DNA from: Acidobacteriota bacterium
GTDB lineage: Bacteria > Acidobacteriota > Vicinamibacteria > Vicinamibacterales > 2-12-FULL-66-21
DNA: 41,642 nucleotides
Direction of reading: 5' to 3'
NCBI GenBank assembly: GCA_020200195.1
Contig: JAIVJE010000291.1
Coordinates: 1-41,642 of the forward strand
In this document: positions 25,713-36,100 of the stretch, piece after piece
How the letters are laid out: every line of letters starts with the position of its first letter
Numbering within the stretch: position 1 is the first letter of the stretch
Program-made: the position numbers and the translations under genes
Notes under the pieces: generated by a model
What the model saw: the letters and a program-made list of their open reading frames with translations, nothing else
Told to the model about the DNA's origin: nothing
The model's database searches: none

Positions 25713-26939
25713 GTGAAACCGCCGCCAGACCGTCACTTAGACCTCCGGGGCACCGGCACCGACGTGCCGGCGCGGCACCGGTACGGGCTGCGATGGCCGA
25801 TAGTCCTGCTGGTCGCGACTGCGCTGGGGCTTCTGTCCACGGCATTGGCGTGGCAGTTCACCATGGCGCTGGGTCGGCCTGCCAGTCACTGGCGCTGGCT
25901 CCTGATCGTCAACTGCGCCTACTGGTATCTCTGGGCGTGCTTCACGCCGGCGATCGTCTGGCTCTCGCAGCACTTTCGCGTCGAGCGCGGCGGCCTGCTG
26001 CGCGCGCTGATGGTACATCTGCCGTCTGTCTTCCTGTTCGCCTTCGGTCACATTGCCGCCATGCAGGGTGTGCAATGGTGGCTGTCGACATCCGAAGGCC
26101 GCACGTTCGACTGGTGGACACAGGTACAGCGATCGGCACTCCAGAACCTCGACTGGGAAATGATGACGTACTGGGCGATCGCGGGGCTGAGCCACGCGGT
26201 CCTGTACTACCGCGAATCTCACGATCGCGCCCTCCACGCCGCTCAGCTCGAAACGAAGCTGGTCGAGGCGCAGCTCGCCGCGCTGCAGCAGCAACTGCAC
26301 CCACATTTCCTGTTCAACACTCTTCACGCGGTGTCCGCTCTCATGCATCGTGACGTCGACGCGGCCGACCGGACGCTGATGCGTTTGAGCGATCTGCTGC
26401 GGCTCACCCTCGAGCAGCTCGGACAGACGGAGGTCACGCTGAAGGCCGAGCTCGAGTTCGTCTCCAAATATCTGGAGATCGAGCAGACGCGGTTCGCGGA
26501 TCGCCTCCACGTGCACTTTGACATTCACCCCGACGCGCTGGACGCCCGCGTGCCGAACATGCTCCTGCAGCCGCTCGTGGAGAACGCGATCAAGCACGGT
26601 GTGTCGAAGAAAATCGGACCCGGCCGCATTGACATCACCGCGCGTCCCGACGGCGACAAGCTCTGGCTCGAGGTCCGCGACGACGGCGCGGGGTTGTCTG
26701 AGACGGGTTTGACGGCGCTCCAGAAGGGCATCGGCGTCTCGACGACGCGCGCGCGTCTCCAGCGACTTTTCGGTGCCGAGTGCCGGTTCGAGTTTCATCG
26801 GCTGCAGGAGGGCCTTGCAGTGCTCGTAGTGATTCCGTGGCGGACCCATCGCCGCGGCCCGGCCGACAGCGCGACCGTGAACCCCGCTCCTGAACCGTGG
26901 AAGCTGTGGAACCCCCGAATCTTCAGAGCCTCATCATGA
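25713..26939 (+). CDS. LytS/YehU-type sensor histidine kinase (membrane; start uncertain)
   Basis: Four or so N-terminal TM helices, then LQQQLHPHFLFNTLHAVSAL (His_kinase H-box), LLQPLVENAIKHG (N-box) and VRDDGAGL (G1). The stop overlaps the response-regulator ATG (ATGA). Confidence 0.85.
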   Translation: MKPPPDRHLDLRGTGTDVPARHRYGLRWPIVLLVATALGLLSTALAWQFTMALGRPASHWRWLLIVNCAYWYLWACFTPAIVWLSQHFRVERGGLLRALMVHLPSVFLFAFGHIAAMQGVQWWLSTSEGRTFDWWTQVQRSALQNLDWEMMTYWAIAGLSHAVLYYRESHDRALHAAQLETKLVEAQLAALQQQLHPHFLFNTLHAVSALMHRDVDAADRTLMRLSDLLRLTLEQLGQTEVTLKAELEFVSKYLEIEQTRFADRLHVHFDIHPDALDARVPNMLLQPLVENAIKHGVSKKIGPGRIDITARPDGDKLWLEVRDDGAGLSETGLTALQKGIGVSTTRARLQRLFGAECRFEFHRLQEGLAVLVVIPWRTHRRGPADSATVNPAPEPWKLWNPRIFRASS

Positions 26940-27706
26940 AAAAGATCCGAACCCTGATCGTGGACGACGAACCGCTGGCGCGCGACCGACTGTCCAGCCT
27001 GCTCTCGACGGAAACTGATATCGACGTCATCGGGCAGAGCCGCGACGGGGAGGAGGCCGCGCACGCGATTCAGGAACATTCTCCGGACCTCGTGTTCCTC
27101 GACGTGCAGATGCCGCAGTTGAACGGGTTCGAGGTCATCGACGCGATCGGCCCCGAACGCATGCCGCTCGTCGTCTTTGTTACGGCGTACGACCAGCACG
27201 CGCTCAAGGCGTTTCAAGTGCGCGCGCTCGATTACCTCCTCAAGCCGTTCGATCGTGAGCGGTTCAGCGAAGCGCTCCAGCGGGCGCGCGGCCAGATCGA
27301 ACGGCAGGAGACCGGAGACCTGGGCCGGCGTCTGCTGGCGCTCGTCAAGGACCTCCGGAAGGACCAGCCGCGGTCGGAGCGCCTTGTCGTGAAATCGGGC
27401 GGGAGGCTGTTCTTTCTGCGCACTGACGAGATCGACTGGATCGAGGCGGCAGGCAACTACGTCCGGCTTCACGTCGGCAATACGTCTCACCTGCTGCGCG
27501 AAACGATGAATGCCCTCGAGGGGCGCCTCGATCCGGAGAAGTTCTTCCGCATTCATCGCTCGCGGATCGTCAACATGGAGCGGATCCAGGAGCTGCAGCC
27601 CTGGCTCAATGGCGAGTACGCGGTCGTACTGCGCAACGGGACGCGCGTCACCCTGAGCCGCGGCTACCGTGAAAAGTTGCAGGAGCGCCTCGGCCGACCC
27701 ATCTGA
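26936..27706 (+). CDS. LytR/AlgR-family response regulator (REC + LytTR DNA-binding domain)
   Basis: MKKIRTLIVDDEPLARDRL, DLVFLDVQMP (phospho-Asp), DYLLKPF, then the LytTR domain: FFLRTDEIDWIEAAGNYVRLHVGNTSHLLRETMNALE...FFRIHRSRIVN. Confidence 0.92.
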   Translation: MKKIRTLIVDDEPLARDRLSSLLSTETDIDVIGQSRDGEEAAHAIQEHSPDLVFLDVQMPQLNGFEVIDAIGPERMPLVVFVTAYDQHALKAFQVRALDYLLKPFDRERFSEALQRARGQIERQETGDLGRRLLALVKDLRKDQPRSERLVVKSGGRLFFLRTDEIDWIEAAGNYVRLHVGNTSHLLRETMNALEGRLDPEKFFRIHRSRIVNMERIQELQPWLNGEYAVVLRNGTRVTLSRGYREKLQERLGRPI

Positions 27707-27883
27707 CGCGAAACGATACGCGTCCCGGAATTGGTCATCACCCGCCGGTATCGTAATCGGCCGGCAGGTGCAGTCGCGGAAACTCAGCCGAAATCGACGG
27801 ATCGGCCCGGCATCCTGCTTGCGTTGCCCCGGTCCGTTCCCATGAAGCCTTTCGCAAGCTGCCGGGTCACCATCCCCGAGACG

Positions 27884-28249
27884 ATGTCGTCTATTGGCGG
27901 ACGCCGCCCGTGCGTGCTGTTCGTCAGCGACGACCAGGACCTGCGGGCAGTTTCGGCGCGTGTGCTCGAACAGGAAGGTTACCGCGTGATCCCCGCTCGA
28001 CACGCCGGCCATGCGCTGCTGGCCTGCATGTCGGGGGAACCGATCGACGTCCTCGTGTCGGATCTCTGTATGGGTGACGGCTCGGGTCCGGCGCTTGCCG
28101 AGCGCCTTCGCCGTTACAGCGCCGAGCTGCGGACCTTGTACCTGGGCCAGCCCGGCACGACGGAATGCAACGCGGTCGTCGTCCGGCCGTTCACGCGCGA
28201 CGATCTGGTGGCGCGTCTCGGCGCGGTGCTCGCCACCGCGAACGCCTAG
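27884..28249 (+). CDS. stand-alone receiver (CheY-like) domain protein, atypical (conserved Lys replaced by Arg)
   Basis: From ATG 27884: CVLFVSDDQD (acidic pocket), IDVLVSDLCM (acceptor Asp), and VVVRPFTRDDL where canonical receivers have KPF. Alternative starts at 27842 and 27731. Confidence 0.65.
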   Translation: MSSIGGRRPCVLFVSDDQDLRAVSARVLEQEGYRVIPARHAGHALLACMSGEPIDVLVSDLCMGDGSGPALAERLRRYSAELRTLYLGQPGTTECNAVVVRPFTRDDLVARLGAVLATANA

Positions 28250-28255
28250 GCGCCG

Positions 28256-31049
28256 TCATGGCCGCTTAGGGACGTCCACCGGCTTGAAGCCGGCCTTCTG
28301 CAACCGCCCGTTCAGCGTATTCAGCCGATTCCCCGTCAGCGATTCAAAATCGAGGAACGCTTTTTTCAGCTCCGCATCGAGCGATACGCCGTGCCGGAGC
28401 TGCGAGACAGTCGGCCTGCCTGCGTATGAAAGTACCGACCCATACAGACGGTCTGCCTGCATCGCGTACAACCGCAGCACCAGCGATTGACGTGCGGCGC
28501 GATCTTCAGCGGCGTGCCGTGTCAACGGATCGGGCACGAGATCGATCGTGCCGGTTACGACTTCGTCGCCCTTCGTCAGGCGGACCGTGTAGCGCCCCTC
28601 GGACACCATGGGTCCGGCCAAGGCGCGGGCCCCGAGGCCTGGCGCCGATGCGCTCTTCGGTGCGTCCAGGCGCATGCTCCAGTAGACGCGATTGATGCCC
28701 TGGCGCGCGCCGGCCGGAAGCGCCTTCACCAGCTTCCCCGCACCGTCCAGCACTTCCAGCGTCAGTTTCCCGAAGATGTGGCGCTGCTTCAGGTGGTAGG
28801 TGATCACGGCGCCCCCCGGTGGGTTCGGCGCGGCAAAATCGTTGTCCCCCGGAAAGTCCTGCAGCACAGGGGCGATCGACTGCGTGGACGGGCGGGCCGG
28901 CAGGATCGCGGCGGTCTGCGCCAGCACCTCACGCGTCAGCTTTCGCAACGGCGTGATGTCATCGAGGATGTGCACACCCCTGCCGTGGGTCGCAATGATC
29001 AGGTCGTGTTCGCGTGGATGGATCGCAATGTCGTACACCGCCACCGCCGGCAGGTTCCCCGTCACGCGGGCCCAGCGGGCTCCGCCGTCCAGGGTGACGA
29101 ACAGACCGAACTCGCTGCCTGCGAACAGCAAGGAGGGATTGATCAGATCCTGCCGCACCACGTGTAGATAGCCGTCGAGTCCCTCGCCGAGGATGGAACG
29201 CCATGTGCGGCCGTAGTCACTCGTCACGTAGACGTACGGCCGCATGTCACCGGTGCGATGGCCGTCGAAGGTGGCGTACGCGGAGCCCTTGCCGTGGCGG
29301 CTCGGCTCGATCGTGGACACCCAGGTGTGCCGCGGCAGGCCCGGGACGTTCTCCACCAGGTTCGTCCAGGTCCGTCCGCTGTCGCGAGTCAGCTGCAGGT
29401 TGCCATCATCCGTGCCGGCCCAAATCACGCCTGGCTCCACCGGTGATTCGGCGAGCGACACGATCGTGCAGTGGTTCTCGGCCGTGCTGTTGTCGAGCGT
29501 CACGCCGCCGGACTCACGCTGGCGCTGCTTGGCCGGATCGTTCGTGGTCAGGTCTGGGGAGATCCGCTGCCACGAGTCGCCACCGTCGCGCGATTTGAAC
29601 ACGTACTGGCCGCCAAGGTACAGGACCGACGGATCCGACGCACCCCGAGTGAACGCGGCGTTCCAGTTGAACCGGAACGGCGGCTCGCCGGTCTTGGGAT
29701 GCGGTCGAATGTCCTTGAGCTCGCCGGTCGCGGTGTGCAGGCGCCGGACCTGCGCCCCTTGATATTCCGAGTACACGACCGATGGATCGCGCGCGTCCGG
29801 GAAAACGTGGAAGCCGTCGCCGATGCCGACGTTGGTCCAGTCGCGGTTACGTATCGCCGCGCCCGCGAGGACGCGCGAGGGTCCCATCCACGATCCGTTG
29901 TCTTGCAGTCCGCCGTAGACGCGATACGGCCGCTGCATGTCGAACGCCACGTGATAGAGCTGCGACACCGGAAGCGTTCCAACCATCCCCCACGTGACGC
30001 CACGGTCGTGTGAGACATATATGCCGCCGTCGGTGCCGAGGATCAGATGCGACGCGTCGTTCGGATTGACCCAGAACGCGTGGGCGTCGGGGTGAACCGA
30101 CGGCCCGAGTGTCAGCATCTCGAAGCTGCGGCCGGCGTTGCTCGACACGCTCAGAAAGAAACTCGGATTGTAGACACGCGTATGGTCGGTGGGATCGACC
30201 TCGAGATTGGCGAAATAGAACGGACGCGCCCTGATGCCGAGCGGGGCGCGTCCTTCGACGGTCGGGCGCCAGCTTTCCGCCATGTCGTCGGACCGATACA
30301 TCTTGGTGTCCTTCGATTCGACGATCGCGTACAACGTGCCGGGCCGCGAGGGAGCGACGGCCAACGCGATGCGCCCCAGTGGCCCGTCTGGCAACCCTTT
30401 TGTGACCTGCGCCCAGTGTTCGCCGCCATCCGTGGACTTGTACAATCCGCTCCCCGGCCCACCTGAGGTGAAGAAATAAGGCTGACGCCGCACCTGCCAC
30501 ATCGCGGCATACATGACGTCCGGCTCCTGCGGGTCCATCTCGATGTCGGCGCAGCCGGTCGTGCCGTTCACGAACAACACTTTCTTCCACGTCTTGCCGC
30601 TGTCGGTGGTCTTGAACAGTCCCCGTTCCCCGTGTCCAGGTAGTGCCGGCATCCGTGCTTTTATATATGCCCTTTCCGACCGAGACGCTGTTGCGGGTCC
30701 ACGCTTCGCCCGTCCCGACCCACACCGTGTCGGGCTTCGCCTGGTCGATCGCGACCGCTCCGATCGACATCGGATGTTCGTCGAAGACGGGCGTGAACGT
30801 CGTCCCGCCATTGCTGGACTTCCAGACGCCGCCGCCGGCGCTGCCGGCGTAAATGATGCGGGGGTTGTCGGCGACCACGTCGAGCGCCGCGATGCGCCCG
30901 CTCGTGACTGCCGGACCGATGGCGCGGGTGCGCAGGTCGCCGAAGGTAGCTGAATCGAAGGAAGGAGGCGGCGCTTTGTCCTGGGCGCTCACTGCCGCTG
31001 TCGTCGCCACCAGCGCGACGCACAGCACCGTCCGTTGCCACACGTGCAT
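28256..31049 (-). pseudogene. BNR/Asp-box repeat (sortilin/VPS10- or GH74-like) secreted glycosidase-like protein, frame broken near 30615-30650
   Basis: N-terminus in the 31049 frame: signal MHVWQRTVLCVALVATTAAVSAQ, RAIGPAVTSGRIAALDV, GGVWKSSNGGTTF, GIYKSTDAGTTW. Reading continues only in the 30811 frame: ERGLFKTTDSGKTWKKVLF..., then many S.D.G.TW Asp-boxes down to 28256. The ~35-40 aa normally separating these two Asp-boxes are absent. Confidence 0.75.
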
Positions 31050-31074
31050 TACAGAACTCGGGCTCTCTGCCTTT

Positions 31075-31101
31075 TCCCTTCTCCCTTTTCCCTTGTCCCT
31101 T
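31075..31101 (-). repeat. four perfect tandem heptamers (plus strand TCCCTTN; sense strand NAAGGGA) in the 5' leader of the BNR gene
   Basis: TCCCTT at 31075, 31082, 31089 and 31096 (period 7). On the coding (minus) strand it reads CAAGGGACAAGGGAAAAGGGAGAAGGGAAAAGG. It lies between the LolA-like stop (31104) and the BNR start (31049). Confidence 0.7.
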
Positions 31102-31103
31102 GT

Positions 31104-31835
31104 CTACGGCTTCTTCGGCATCTTGAAGATCGTGTCGTCGATCGTGGGATTGAACTCCGCTTTCTCGATCGTCATGGTCAGGACCGGCGTGCCGTTGAGG
31201 CTCTGCTTGATCGTGTGGGGCACCATGATGCCCTCGACCTGCTGATAGTTGGACAGCTCTGTGTCGATCTTCTGCTTCGTCCCCCCGGCATCGATCGACG
31301 TGGACGTCTTGAGCTCGATGCCGCTCTCCGCGTCGAGGAAGTAGTCCTGGATCTGGCCGCTCTTCTTGGTGACCTTCAGGTGGTACACGTCGGTCGCGTC
31401 CAGCTTCTCCTTGCCGACCAGCTCGATCGTGTGGCCCTTGGTCTTGTAGTCGATGAGCGCGCTGTCGAAGTCGGCATCCGCCTTCATCATGTCGGCCTGC
31501 GGACCGGTGAGCTCCTGCGCGGTGTCGGTGCCCATCATCGGGTTGATCATCCAGGGGGTCGTACCGTCGAACGCCTGAACGAGTTTCTTGTCCTGGAGGG
31601 TGATTTCCTGCCGGGACAGGTTCGGGCGCTTGGCATAGATTGCCATCGGCATTTCCATGCCCTGGAGCGTCACCTTGCCGGTCATCTTCAGGGCGGAGAT
31701 TGTTTTCCACTTCTCGCCACCCTTGGCTTTCAGGTTCTTGGCGACGATATCGTCAACGGTCTGCGCGTGCGCGGCACCCGCGGACAGGAACAAAGCTGCA
31801 AGTACGGCAGGCAGCGGCGACAGCGAGCGGCGCAT
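31104..31835 (-). CDS. outer-membrane lipoprotein-sorting (LolA-like) family secreted protein
   Basis: ATG 31835 is preceded by AGGAGG (reverse complement of cctcctt). Signal MRRSLSPLPAVLAALFLSAGAAHAQ. TVDDIVAKNLKAKGGEKWKTISALKMTGKV...MPMAIYAKRPN resembles LolA-like/outer membrane lipoprotein-sorting proteins. The upstream 70 codons of the ORF track are rejected. Confidence 0.75.
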   Translation of the reverse strand: MRRSLSPLPAVLAALFLSAGAAHAQTVDDIVAKNLKAKGGEKWKTISALKMTGKVTLQGMEMPMAIYAKRPNLSRQEITLQDKKLVQAFDGTTPWMINPMMGTDTAQELTGPQADMMKADADFDSALIDYKTKGHTIELVGKEKLDATDVYHLKVTKKSGQIQDYFLDAESGIELKTSTSIDAGGTKQKIDTELSNYQQVEGIMVPHTIKQSLNGTPVLTMTIEKAEFNPTIDDTIFKMPKKP

Positions 31836-31972
31836 GAATGGCCTCCTTGGAGCCGCCGAAGCGGCTGATGCGTGAACGCGCAAACCTGCATTCTGGTGGG
31901 TGGGCTGGGAAAAGACAAGGGCCGCGCGAGATCGCGCGGCCCCCACGACACAGGTTGGCGAACGGGATGGTG

Positions 31973-32224
31973 TCAGACCTTCCGCCGCACCATCATGCGG
32001 TAGATCGCCAGGAGGATCACCGCGCCCAGGATGGACATAATCCATCCGGCACTCTGGTTGGCTTCATAGAAGCCCATCGCACGGCCAACGAAGCCGCCGA
32101 TCAGCGCGCCGGCGATTCCGAGCAATATCGTGATGATAAACCCGCCCGGATCACGACCCGGCATCAACAGTTTGGCGATGACCCCGATCACAAGCCCGAA
32201 CAGAATCCAGGACAGAATTCCCAT
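31973..32224 (-). CDS. GlsB/YeaQ/YmgE-family stress-response membrane protein
   Basis: 83 aa: MGILSWILFGLVIGVIAKLLMPGRDPGGFIITILLGIAGALIGGFVG. This is the textbook transglycosylase-associated/YeaQ family pattern. Confidence 0.9.
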   Translation of the reverse strand: MGILSWILFGLVIGVIAKLLMPGRDPGGFIITILLGIAGALIGGFVGRAMGFYEANQSAGWIMSILGAVILLAIYRMMVRRKV

Positions 32225-32356
32225 CGTTCGTCCCCCCTTCGTTCCTCAAAGCGTATCCCGATGCAAGCGGTTGACCACCTCAACGGCAGAGTCGGCTCCC
32301 CCGAAAACACCAGCTTCGGACGACAGAAAGGTCCTCGATCTATATAGTGATGCCGC

Positions 32357-33076
32357 GTGTCCCCCTTGCTGCTGTGTTTGGTGGTGTCTTCATTGACGAC
32401 ACTCGCGCTTATGCCTATCGCTCCAGCCAGTGCCATCGAACGACACATTGCCACTGTGCTCAAAGACTTCAAGGGCACCATGGGGGTGGCCGCCGTCGAC
32501 CTCCTGACGGATGAAACCGTCGCGGTCAATGCGGATACACGCTTCCCGACCGCCAGCACGATCAAGACGGCTGTCATGGTCGAGGCTTACCACCAGGCCG
32601 CCGAGGGGTCGCTGTCGCTCGATGCCACCCTGACCCTCGCCGGAAGCGACAAAGTCGGCGGGTCCGGCGTCCTCAGTGGCATGCGTGAGGGCCTGCCCCT
32701 GACGACGCCCCGTGAAATGGCGGGGCTGATGGCGCTCATCGCGCGCGGCAAGGCGGTCAGTGCGGCCGCCTCCGCCGCGATGCTCGCGACACTGAGGCGG
32801 CAGCAGGACCGTACGATGATTGGCCGGTTGCTCCCCGATGCCCCCGGCCTCGAGGTGGGGAACAAGACCGGGACCGACGCCGAGAAACAACCTGATGCGA
32901 AGGGCATTCACCGGCACCTGCGCGCTGACGCCGCGATCATCACCGCGCCCGGTCTCCGTTACGTCATCGCCGTGTACGCGCGGCAGGTCGAGGACACGCG
33001 CTGGTCACTCGACAACGAGGCCCTTGTAACCGGCGCACGCATATCACGCCTGATCTACGATCATTTCCGACGCTGA
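32357..33076 (+). CDS. class A beta-lactamase-related serine hydrolase, apparently carrying an in-frame internal deletion
   Basis: Signal-like N-terminus. RFPTASTIK (SxxK) and GNKTGT (KTG) are present. The stretch between ...GVLSGMREGLPLT and TPREMAGLMALI is collapsed, whereas relatives carry ~60-80 aa there, including the SDN loop and omega-loop. STIK-to-KTG spacing is ~100 aa versus ~165 aa in PenP-type enzymes. Confidence 0.7.
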   Translation: MSPLLLCLVVSSLTTLALMPIAPASAIERHIATVLKDFKGTMGVAAVDLLTDETVAVNADTRFPTASTIKTAVMVEAYHQAAEGSLSLDATLTLAGSDKVGGSGVLSGMREGLPLTTPREMAGLMALIARGKAVSAAASAAMLATLRRQQDRTMIGRLLPDAPGLEVGNKTGTDAEKQPDAKGIHRHLRADAAIITAPGLRYVIAVYARQVEDTRWSLDNEALVTGARISRLIYDHFRR

Positions 33077-33099
33077 CCAAGCACCAAGGACCAAGGACT
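33075..33099 (+). repeat. second copy of GACCAAGCACCAASGACCAAGGACT in the 5' leader of the TolB-amidohydrolase gene
   Basis: gaccaagcaccaaggaccaaggact, followed by aagaactactAGGAGacttcacATG (33122). Near-identical to 14212-14236. Confidence 0.55.
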
Positions 33100-33121
33100 A
33101 AGAACTACTAGGAGACTTCAC

Positions 33122-36100
33122 ATGACCGACCGCCGCTCGCGCTGGGTCCGGATGGGCCGGCTTTCGTTCGCGCTCCTGTTGATCTGGTCATTTGCTCCTT
33201 CTCGAGGTTTCTCGAGCGCCCAGGAGAAACAGGAAGACAAGAAAGAGGCTGCGGACAAGGACAAGAAGAAGGAGCTGCCGCTCGAAACCGATCGGACGAT
33301 CTCGTTCGACACCGCGGAAGGATCGTGGATCTCACTCGACGTGGCGCCGGATGGGCGTCAAATCGTGTTCGAGCTGCTCGGCGACCTCTACACGGTGCCG
33401 ATAGAGGGCGGGGCCGCCAAACGGATCACGCCCGGCATCATGTTCGACAGCCAGCCGCGATTCTCGCCTGACGGCTCGAGGATCGTCTTCCTGTCGGACC
33501 GCAGCGGCGATGAAAACATCTGGATTGCGAACCCGGACGGCAGCGCACCGAAAGCCATCACGAAGGGGAAGAACACACGCTATTGGTCGCCCGAGTGGAC
33601 CCCGGACGGCAAGTACATCATCGTCTCGCGCTCGGGGGCGCCTCCGGGCGGCACGCAATTGTGGCTGTATCACGTGGACGGCGGGAGCGGTGTCAACCTG
33701 ACCGGCAGCGAAGAGCGGCGCCAGCTGAATCCGCTCGGCCCGGCCTTCGGCAAAGACGATCGGTTCGTGTACTTCACCGAACGTACGGCCGCCGGCAGCG
33801 TGTACAACCAGATGAATTTCCGGTGGCAGCTCGGGGTCTACGATCGCCACACGGGCGAGAATTTCCGGATGAGCGACGAGCTCGGGAGCGCGATGCGGCC
33901 GGTACTTTCTCCCGACGGCCGCTGGCTGGTGTACGCGACGCGGTGGGACGCCCAGACTGGCCTGCGCGTGCGCGATCTGAAAAGCGGCGACGACTCGTGG
34001 CTGATCTATCCCGTGACACGCGACGACCAGGAATCGGCCTCGACCCGCGATCTGATGCCCGGTTCATCGTTTACCCCGGATTCGAAAGCGCTCATCACCT
34101 CTTTCGACGGCAGGATTTGGCGGGTCGACGTTCCGTCGGGTGAAGCAACCGCGATCCCGTTCAGCGCGAAGGTCGAGCAGAAGCTTGGACCGAAGGTCCA
34201 GTTCGAGTACCCGATCGACGAGGGCCCTGTCCGCGCGCAGCAGATCCGCTATCCGCGGCTGTCGCCGGACGGGACCAAGCTGGCCTTCACGGCGCTCGAT
34301 CGCCTGTGGGTCATGGATTATCCATCGGGCAAGGCGCGCCGCGTCAGCTCGCTGGACGCCGGCGAACATCAGCCCGCATGGTCGCCGGACGGAAAATCGA
34401 TCGCGTTCGTGAGCTGGTCCGACGCGGACGGGGGGCACGTCTACCGCGTCGCCGCCGATGGCGAGGCGCCGCAGAAGCTGACGCAAATCGCGTCCTTCTA
34501 TTCCGACCCGGTCTACTCCCTCGACGGACAGCGTATCGTGGTCGTACGCGGTCCGCGGGAAGAGCGCCAGGAAGACTTCTCGCCGCAAGGCCGAGGCGGG
34601 CAGGCAATGGAGCTCGTGTGGCTGCCGGCCGGCGGCGGTGACACCACGTTGATCACGCCGTTCCGCGCGCAGGGACGGCCGCACTTTGCCAAGGACCCGG
34701 GACGAATCTACGCCTGGGAAGGCAGCCGCGGCCTCGTGTCGTTCCGGTTCGATGGCACCGACCGCAAGACGCACGTCAAAGTCACCGGGTACAAGAACCC
34801 GAACGCGGAGCAGCCGACCAACGCGTCCGAAGGAGCCTCCTACCGTTGCGCTCGCCAGCCCGGATAGCGCATCGGTTCCGGTGAAGAAATTGACCACGGT
34901 GGGGGGAGAGTTCCTGGCGTGGGCCGGCAACGGGAAGGCTGTGACGTTCGCTCTCGGCCGGACGCTCTTCAAGTACGACCTCGACGCGGCCAAAGCGGCC
35001 GAGGAAAAAGAGAAGAAAGAGGCGGAGGCGAAGAAGGAGACCGAGAAGAAGCCCGAACCGGAGAAGAAGCCCGAATCGGAGGACAAGGACGACAAGCCGG
35101 AGCCTCGGAAAAAGCCGGCGTACGAAGCCACCCCCACCGAGGTCGTCGTCGAAGCGCCGCGCGCGAAGCCAAGTGGCACAGTGGTCCTTCGCGGCGCGCG
35201 TGTCATCACGATGAAAGCCCAGGAGGTCATCGACAACGGCGACATCGTCGTGAAAGACAACCGGATCGTGGACGTGGGACGGCGGGGGCAGGTCAAGTTG
35301 CCGGCGGGAGCACGCACGATCGACGTGACCGGCAAGACGATCATGCCGGGGCTCGTGGACGTCCACGCGCATATCTGGCCGGCGTGGGACGTGCACAAGA
35401 CGCAAGTGTGGGAATACCTGGCGAACCTGGCGTACGGCGTCACGACGACCCGCGACCCGCAGACAGCTACCACAGACGTCCTCGCGTATCGCGACCTGGT
35501 CGAGACCGGCGAGATGATCGGGCCGCGCGTCTTCGGAACGGGTCCAGGTGTCTTCTCGCAAGACAACGTTCAGAGCCTGGACGATGCCCGGGACGTGTTG
35601 AAGCGGTACAGCCAGTATTGGGACACGAAAACGATCAAGCAGTACATGGCGGGCAACCGGCAGCAGCGCCAGTGGATCATCATGGCCGCGAAGGAGCAGA
35701 AGCTGATGCCGACGCTCGAGGGCGGCCTCGACCTCAAGCTCAACCTGACGCAGATCCTCGATGGCTATGCCGGTGTCGAACACACCTTGCCGATCATGCC
35801 GCTCTACAAGGACGTCGTGCAGCTCGTCGCCCAGTCGGGGATCGTGTACACGCCGACGCTGCTCGTGCAGTACGGCGGACCGTGGGCGGAGAACTACTTC
35901 TACCAGTCCACCGACGTACATGGCGACCGGAAGATGCGCCGGTTCGCTCCGCACAGCGATCTCGACAGCACGGTACTCAGACGACCCTGGTTCCACGAAC
36001 AGGAGTATTCGTTCCCGCTGGCGGCCAAGGTGCTCGCCGACATCGTCGCCGCCGGCGGCAAAGTCGGGCTGGGCGGCCACGGGCAGCGGCAAGGCATCCA

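Noticed and set aside
25737-26849. 370-aa minus-strand ORF opposite the histidine kinase
   Set aside because: Antisense shadow. The + frame has H-, N- and G1-boxes.
34800-34870. Programmed ribosomal frameshift in the TolB-amidohydrolase gene
   Set aside because: No slippery heptamer or downstream pseudoknot-like structure is evident at the overlap. Several other genes in the window carry unprogrammed lesions.
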